This document shows, piece by piece, positions 58,188-64,000 of a stretch of 64,000 nt of DNA. The notes beneath the pieces were generated by a model. It saw only the letters and a list, made by a program, of their open reading frames with translations. It was not told the origin of the DNA and did no database searches. The position numbers were made by a program, and so were the translations under genes. The stretch is from the IMG/VR virus record IMGVR_UViG_3300024308_000016, positions 1 to 64,000 of that record; one strand, 5' to 3'. Position 1 is the first letter of the stretch; each line of letters starts with the position of its first letter.

Positions 58188-58508
58188 ATGGAAGAACTCT
58201 CCCTGTCTATTGTCATGAAGATCGCCGACATCTACGGCATCTACTTGTCCAGTCTCGCTATCAAGGCTTGGATGCCTGTGCCTATCGCCGCCAGCTTTGC
58301 TCTGTCGGCCGCGTTCTTCATAAACTCCTGGTTTATCCTGGACTACAAGACTGTCAAGGGCTTTGCCATCGGCGTCTCGTCTTCGGTGGCGTTCACTGTA
58401 GTGTCCCCGTGCCTGGGAGTGCTGCTCACGGCGATCGCTATGCCGATCATCATGCTGTTTCCGGACTTGCTGACTTGGATGTTACGGGTGATTGACGGAG
58501 TGCTGTAG
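58188..58508 (+). CDS. Membrane protein, similar to 56429-56773
   Basis: aaatagaaag RBS; hydrophobic. Confidence 0.7.
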   Translation: MEELSLSIVMKIADIYGIYLSSLAIKAWMPVPIAASFALSAAFFINSWFILDYKTVKGFAIGVSSSVAFTVVSPCLGVLLTAIAMPIIMLFPDLLTWMLRVIDGVL

Positions 58509-58626
58509 TTAAAAGCCCCGTATCCCCATATCCCGTGAGCAACCCACAACTGGAGTGACATGAAAGCTTTCTACATGAGCTGGTTCACCTGTTCCTATTT
58601 GCATAGATCAATGCAAAGGAGCAATT

Positions 58627-58977
58627 GTGAGCCGTACCGTCAAAAACAAGAACCTGCGTAGCTTTCGCAACATCTCTGAGGCCGATATCCGCTTCGATTC
58701 CTGGGACTACCAGTGGGTCGACGGCGGAGACGGCTTCCTATACCTTTGCAAGGTCCCTAAATACTCACCGGCAGAACTGTACAAAGTCCGCCGGCAATAC
58801 CAGGGGCTGCGCACATGGCACTACATCCTGAATACCGTGCCCAAGAAAGGCCGGAACATCCAGGAGCGCGAGTACAGAGCCGCTATGAAGCGAGAGATTG
58901 TAAGGTTCAAACAAGGCAAGGTAGAGGATGTGATCCCGCCTTTCCACCACAAGAACCCGCACTACTGCTGGACCTGA
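58627..58977 (+). CDS. Small basic protein
   Basis: GTG start, aaggag RBS. Confidence 0.65.
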   Translation: MSRTVKNKNLRSFRNISEADIRFDSWDYQWVDGGDGFLYLCKVPKYSPAELYKVRRQYQGLRTWHYILNTVPKKGRNIQEREYRAAMKREIVRFKQGKVEDVIPPFHHKNPHYCWT

Positions 58978-59071
58978 AAGGAGAGCATCATGCTCAAACC
59001 CAACTACGCGCTGTGGAAGCACATCCGACAGATGAGGGCCACCGGTCCGCCTGTCGGAGTGGAGAAACAGC

Positions 59072-59308
59072 ATGGAACAGTTCAATCGGGGCGCCCGTCT
59101 TCAGCGGGTCAAGGAACTCAAGAAAAACCGTAAGCATTACTGGGGCGGCTGGGCGGCAGATCCTAAACAACAGGGTCGTGTCTCTCAGTATCCCGCTATT
59201 TGCTCGTGTGCCAAGTGCTGCAATAGCGGCTCTAGGCTTAACGGTAATTCCAAGTTTGCCCATAAACCTCAGGACCGTGCGTTCTGGGAATTGAATCCCA
59301 TCGAGTGA
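59072..59308 (+). CDS. Small basic protein with CSCAKC motif
   Basis: ggag RBS; terminator follows at about 59313-59363. Confidence 0.6.
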   Translation: MEQFNRGARLQRVKELKKNRKHYWGGWAADPKQQGRVSQYPAICSCAKCCNSGSRLNGNSKFAHKPQDRAFWELNPIE

Positions 59309-59371
59309 CATACTCCCTCCACTCCCGGTCGCCCGGGAGTGGAGGGTAGTGTGCTTTATTTTTTACCCTAT

Positions 59372-60019
59372 TTAGACAGTGATGTCCAGGCTGAGCAAAT
59401 AGCCCTTCAGAGCGTACTCGAATGCAGTGTTCGTCGAGGCGCCAATACACAGCGTCGAGTCGTTTGACGAAAAACCGGGCCCCTGATATGACGAAAAGGT
59501 CACACCGTTGGCCGTCAAGTAGTATGTATCGTTCTTCTTCTCCAGTACGATTTCAATCACTGAGTTCAGTGGAGTGGTCCCGGAGCCGGAGTCCAGATTC
59601 ATTTGTCGCCCAGCACTACCAGCGGTCACCCATGCCCACTTTGGTGAAGACGTCCAGGTATATAGCTGAATGCCATATTTACCTGCAAGTTCACGACCGG
59701 TATAAAACGGAACAGATGCAGCGGTCTCTGTCACGAACCTTATCGTCAGCTTGAAGCCTGGACGAGGCAACAGATTCAGAAACCCACTAGCGTTTGTTTC
59801 CTGAAAGATGACATTACCGGTAAAACGATAGCATTTGCCGTAAGTAGGATGGTTGACAACGCCGTCAGTGTTGTCAGAGTTTCGAGTAATCCGCTGCAGC
59901 CGAGTCGGGATCTGGGACAGCAGCGGAAGCTCTTGTGAGCCAACGATAGAATCCTGGAAGTTTATGCTAAAGAACGGAGCTGGTTCTTGAGATTTCGCAG
60001 ATAGAAATAGTTCGAGCAT
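59372..60019 (-). CDS. Probable virion or tail-associated beta-sandwich protein
   Basis: Coupled to the Mtd-like gene; beta-rich LamG-like composition. Confidence 0.6.
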   Translation of the reverse strand: MLELFLSAKSQEPAPFFSINFQDSIVGSQELPLLSQIPTRLQRITRNSDNTDGVVNHPTYGKCYRFTGNVIFQETNASGFLNLLPRPGFKLTIRFVTETAASVPFYTGRELAGKYGIQLYTWTSSPKWAWVTAGSAGRQMNLDSGSGTTPLNSVIEIVLEKKNDTYYLTANGVTFSSYQGPGFSSNDSTLCIGASTNTAFEYALKGYLLSLDITV

Positions 60020-61470
60020 TATTTTCTCAGTGCAGTTGTCGTATGGTTGGCTCCAAATCGCATACTTGTCAGAGGAGCAGAATAGTTAGCAGCTGCTTGC
60101 GCGGACACGCACTGGCTTCCGGCCCGAATAACGGTATCATAAGCGCCCCCGAAGCGATATGCGCGAATGTTTCCACTAAAGTCACCCCGAAGGCCTTCGA
60201 CCCAGATCTGCGGATCAGCTGCAACATCAACGATCGGCTCACCGCCCCAGATCCAATAAGCGCCAGTCATCTGGACTCCGCCCCAGCGACTCGTGAACTT
60301 CGGTATAAAACCAGTATTGGCCCCGGCGGCGGCAGCACTTCCGCTGGCGATGTTCTCGGTAACACCAAACGCGGCTATGCAGAACTCTCGGTAAGAGAGC
60401 ATGCGCTTGCCGGCAGCTGCGCCGATTTCATTGGCCGCAAACCAGCTCAGTTCTTGGTATTGTGGGAATCCGTTGCTGAACATGGGGGACGCCGTGGGGA
60501 TGTTATCCTCGGTAGTGATTGGATCGCCAAAGCTGCTGGTGCCATTGAACTCCGGGGTCAGGTTGGTCAGGTAGAGGTCGAACCAAAACAAGCCGTCACC
60601 ATCCATGTTCTTGACGCAAGTCATGCCACGAGGAGAGCAAGTAGGCCGGTAGTTCAGGTCCCAGATACTGAATTCGTTGATGCCGATGATGCGATCCAGG
60701 TCTTCGGGTGTCCAGACCATGCCGCCATCGGATTTGGCGATGGTATTGAATTCGCCACCGGGCACATCCGTGTCGTAAGGAATGCAGCTGTAGTGGAAAC
60801 CACCGATCATGACGCGACCTTCATCGGCACCGGTGCCCTCGGCGGGCAGGCGGCCAGCCACGGCAGAGTATGCATTCATGGAAGCATCGATAAAGACCTC
60901 ATAGTCGCGGCCTTCTTCATATGCGTCCGTTTGGGTGATCTCTAGATCAGCGGCAACGGTGAACAGACCCTTGGACGTACGGATAGCAGTACCCGCCTTG
61001 ACATAAGCCACCGAAGCAAGAGTCTTCTTGATGCAGGGTCCCGACATAGTAGGCGGCTTGTACAGCTCGGTGAAGCCGGCGCCGGATTTGATGGTCGTGA
61101 CCTGGTTTTGCAGCTTCTCAATACTCAGCGCAATCGAGTCGCCGCTTTGGCAGGGTGTGCCGTTGGTCTTGTCCAGATAAGGCACCGGCACAGCCAGTAC
61201 TTCTGCATTGGTCAGCTTGGAGGCCGCGATTTGGTCACGTAACTTGAAGACCGCCATTTGCAGCAGATCGGTGGGTTCGATCGGGGTGCTTGGGATGATT
61301 TCAGGCTCAGGTCCCACATACTGAGAGATGTTCATCCGGCGAGGGGTGGCGGGGTCAGTACCCATGATCACCAGCTCGTACTCTTCCTCGCCGACACTGA
61401 TGATGTATGCCATGTTGGGAGCCAGCACAGCGGGAATTGCGGAGAGTCGAGAAAAAGACACGTTAGACAT
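60019..61470 (-). CDS. Tail receptor-binding protein, major tropism determinant (Mtd)-like C-type-lectin fold
   Basis: IGGFHY, INEFSIWDL..RP..PRGM, FWFDLYL, GKRMLSYREF..AAFG, SRWG..QMTG..WIWG and FGGAY...AGSQC motifs resemble Bordetella phage BPP-1 Mtd. Confidence 0.8.
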   Translation of the reverse strand: MSNVSFSRLSAIPAVLAPNMAYIISVGEEEYELVIMGTDPATPRRMNISQYVGPEPEIIPSTPIEPTDLLQMAVFKLRDQIAASKLTNAEVLAVPVPYLDKTNGTPCQSGDSIALSIEKLQNQVTTIKSGAGFTELYKPPTMSGPCIKKTLASVAYVKAGTAIRTSKGLFTVAADLEITQTDAYEEGRDYEVFIDASMNAYSAVAGRLPAEGTGADEGRVMIGGFHYSCIPYDTDVPGGEFNTIAKSDGGMVWTPEDLDRIIGINEFSIWDLNYRPTCSPRGMTCVKNMDGDGLFWFDLYLTNLTPEFNGTSSFGDPITTEDNIPTASPMFSNGFPQYQELSWFAANEIGAAAGKRMLSYREFCIAAFGVTENIASGSAAAAGANTGFIPKFTSRWGGVQMTGAYWIWGGEPIVDVAADPQIWVEGLRGDFSGNIRAYRFGGAYDTVIRAGSQCVSAQAAANYSAPLTSMRFGANHTTTALRK

Positions 61471-61597
61471 TTCTACTCCTTATCGAATAAGACTTTAGTA
61501 GCCTCAAACGATGTTCGTCAATACCATCTGCATTTTCCCCCGGTAGCGGGCACCTTTCGAAGATCCTTTGGTGCGACGAATTTAACTTGGAGGTGTT

Positions 61598-62307
61598 ATG
61601 ACAAGTTTGAAAGTGGCTAAGGTTTCGGCTCTCCCAGCGACACTCGAGCCAAATATGATGTATTTACGTCAGTCCCTTACGGATCAGGAGGATCTGACGA
61701 TCTACTGCACGGATCAGACCGGTACAATCCTGACCGGAATTGTTAACAAGGAAAAGATCACCGAGATGCTCAGTGTGGCGGTCATGAAGGCGGATCTGCC
61801 CGAAAAGACAGCTGCAATGGATCTCCGTGTAGGCATTGACCAAAGTGGTCGCCTGTGGGCCGAAAGTCCGCCAGTCACTAGCTGGGTCCAGACTGACTAC
61901 CTCCCGAATGTCGGAGATGTGGCCACAGTTCGGCTAGGTGAGCAGATCGTCTTGATGCTCAGAAAGACAAGCAGCTCAGGAAACGAGACCTATCGTTCCG
62001 AGATTACGGCGTTCAGTCAGGACCGGTTGATTTCATACCGTCGAGACTCTGTTTACGATAATTCCTCGACCGAAGGATCGAATGCAAACGAATTCCTTCT
62101 TCAACACGGAGTCATCACTACGTAGATGGCACCGTCTACGGAAGCATGCGGGATTTTGCTCGTGTGGTTTTCGTTGATCTGGTCACGATGGAATCCTGGA
62201 TCGTTCAAAAGTTTCACTTCGGAAAAGGGTACTTTCGTGCTGTGGTCGAACACCATCGAGATCCAAATGTTCCCAGAGATACAGTTCCAATGCCTGTTCT
62301 TGTCTGA
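61598..62307 (+). pseudogene. Virion or tail-associated gene interrupted by an apparent 1-nt frameshift near 62120
   Basis: Frame stops at 62125; the -1 frame continues YVDGTVYGSMRDFARVVFVD...PVLV to TGA at 62307; N-terminus resembles that of the Mtd-like gene. Confidence 0.5.
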
Positions 62308-62377
62308 TAAATAAAGACCTAGTCTACTGACCTTGTGGTCAGTAGACTATACCCCTTTTTTGTCTAAGGAGAACACC

Positions 62378-62899
62378 ATGAACATGGACGCTATCAAGCA
62401 ACGCATCAACGACAAGATCCTCGCCCTGATGGCGGATGTGATCACCGAAGAAGAACTCAACGCGATGGTCATCGCTGCCGTCGACAAGTTCTTCGGCCGC
62501 ACCAGTAATGGCGATGAATTTGATGTGAATATACGCGAAGACCGCATGGTACGTGGCGCCAAGGTGGCCTTCAAGGTGTCACCATTCGAGCTGATGGTCT
62601 GGGAACTTGTCCACCCCATCGCTTATGCGGCCATCAAGCAAGTCTTCGAGAACGGCAAGAACGCTCTCCAGACCCATGCCCAAGAAATCATCGACGCCAA
62701 GATCGACTCCGAGCGCCCCAAGATCCTGGCTCTGGCGACCGATCTGCAGCAGCTCCAGTGCCTGGGCGCCATCGGCAACGCTATGCAGCTCATCTCTATG
62801 CACTCGATGACTGCGGTCAATGCCATGGCCCGCGGCGACACCAGCGCGGCCATCCACAGCATGGCATCGATCTCCGCTCCCCCGAACCGTCAGTACTAA
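62378..62899 (+). CDS. Hypothetical protein
   Basis: aaggag RBS after terminator at about 62322-62363. Confidence 0.7.
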   Translation: MNMDAIKQRINDKILALMADVITEEELNAMVIAAVDKFFGRTSNGDEFDVNIREDRMVRGAKVAFKVSPFELMVWELVHPIAYAAIKQVFENGKNALQTHAQEIIDAKIDSERPKILALATDLQQLQCLGAIGNAMQLISMHSMTAVNAMARGDTSAAIHSMASISAPPNRQY

Positions 62900-62957
62900 C
62901 TCCTCCTATAGAGTGGGTATCAGGTCTAGCGTGATCTGATCCATTCTTAGGAGGATA

Positions 62958-63719
62958 GTGATGTCTTTTGATAAATACTTCAATGAAGCTGCCGTGCCGC
63001 AGGAGCTTCGAGAGCAGGCTACTGCGTCCCTGAACAAGGGCAAGGTGCAAGCTCGCAAAGCCACGCCCTATAAGGCTACGGCTTGGTTGGTGATGTTCAT
63101 CGCCCTGTTCATGTGCTGGTGGCCTCGCAAGGTCAACGGTAAGTGGCGACTGGTGCCCCTGGTTAAGTGGGAGGATGACAAACTCCCCGACTGGCTATGG
63201 AAGTGGGATAACAACATTTCCATGAACGGAGATGCGTATGGGATGATTCTAGCTGATGGAACCCACACGTACAAGTACGTCCGAGATCAGGTCGACGAGT
63301 TTGGCGGAACGCTGAAGGCAATTTCGTACACAGACCCTGCTTACAAAGGTACTGCGTACTATGCCAAGAAGTTCCATCCTCGTAGTCGGATTGCTCGGTA
63401 TGTCTGGCTGGGTTGGAGGAACAAGGCTTCTGCGTATTCAATGTACTTGGGTGAGCATATCAACCTGCACGAAGAGGTTGAAAAGTTTGGAATAACTCCG
63501 ACCAAGGGCTTTCGAACTACTCAATTCCTAAAGTCGGGAAATGTTTGGCAGATGCGCACTCAAAAACCTGTCTTTAAAGGCAAGTTTGACTTCGGCCGCA
63601 ACATCGGCTTCAAGATCAACAACGTGAGCGCCACACACCCCAAGGCGTCAGCCACCTCCGGCTATACCCTGCGCCGGATAAAAGCTGATGAAAAGGGTAA
63701 GACGGACTACGATCAATAG
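62958..63719 (+). CDS. Conserved phage protein (LPDWLWKWDN / RYVWLGWRN motifs)
   Basis: aggagg RBS; one hydrophobic segment. Confidence 0.7.
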   Translation: MMSFDKYFNEAAVPQELREQATASLNKGKVQARKATPYKATAWLVMFIALFMCWWPRKVNGKWRLVPLVKWEDDKLPDWLWKWDNNISMNGDAYGMILADGTHTYKYVRDQVDEFGGTLKAISYTDPAYKGTAYYAKKFHPRSRIARYVWLGWRNKASAYSMYLGEHINLHEEVEKFGITPTKGFRTTQFLKSGNVWQMRTQKPVFKGKFDFGRNIGFKINNVSATHPKASATSGYTLRRIKADEKGKTDYDQ

Positions 63720-63730
63720 TAATCATAGAA

Positions 63731-63766
63731 CCACTATCTTCGCCGCGTATGCGGCGGAGATAGTGG
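63731..63766. terminator. Hairpin between convergent genes
   Basis: ccactatcttcgccgc-gtat-gcggcggagatagtgg. Confidence 0.7.
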
Positions 63767-63777
63767 ACTATGTTGCG

Positions 63778-64000
63778 TTACGCTGGACCGACGTATTCAT
63801 AGTAGAGGAACATCAGATTGACGCCTCCTGAGTTTACTTGATTGGACATCGTCGACACCGCCGGAGTGATGTAGTTAACTGTCCACATACAGTTCGTATC
63901 GCCCTGTACGGTCGAACCAACCAGATATCGGCCGGCGAAGTTTGGGAATCCAAAGTTTGCCTGAACCGCTTTTGTCGAAGGGACACTATTGGCGATAGAA
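63778..64000 (-). CDS. 3' end of a gene truncated by the window edge
   Basis: Open frame ...GDTNCMWTVNYI...LYYEYVGPA then stop. Confidence 0.55.
   Translation of the reverse strand, partial: SIANSVPSTKAVQANFGFPNFAGRYLVGSTVQGDTNCMWTVNYITPAVSTMSNQVNSGGVNLMFLYYEYVGPA

Noticed and set aside
58509-58626. Possible tRNA in this intergenic gap
   Set aside because: No cloverleaf or convincing T-loop; no tRNA recognised anywhere in the window
1-64000. Alternative genetic code
   Set aside because: Genes tile the window densely under the standard code, and TAA, TAG and TGA all serve as stops

Overview
This window is part of a phiKZ-like, nucleus-forming jumbo phage genome (Chimalliviridae-type). Diagnostic genes are a PhuZ tubulin (11516-12511), a gp50-type family-B DNA polymerase subunit (28727-30856), a probable chimallin nuclear-shell protein (34115-36073) and, next to it, the beta'-like subunit of the non-virion RNA polymerase. 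The main result is that this RNAP gene, which the ORF track shows only as fragments, is split into four exons by three group I introns. Intron 1 carries an HNH homing endonuclease. Introns 2 and 3 sit inside the catalytic NADFDGD motif and leave a 12-nt micro-exon (GATTTCGATGGT = DFDG), so the active site exists only after splicing. The intron 2 3' junction that restores the motif is apparently non-canonical. The rest is mostly plus-strand accessory cassettes, many preceded by a bipartite phage promoter found nine times with invariant spacing. They include several paralog arrays and auxiliary enzymes (DHFR, lytic transglycosylase, NUDIX, HAD, PTP-like, SspB-like, Ntn/HslV-like, Tyw3-like, QueC-like, NTase). 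An Mtd-like receptor-binding gene lies near the right end. All family assignments come from motif recognition by eye; no searches were run.
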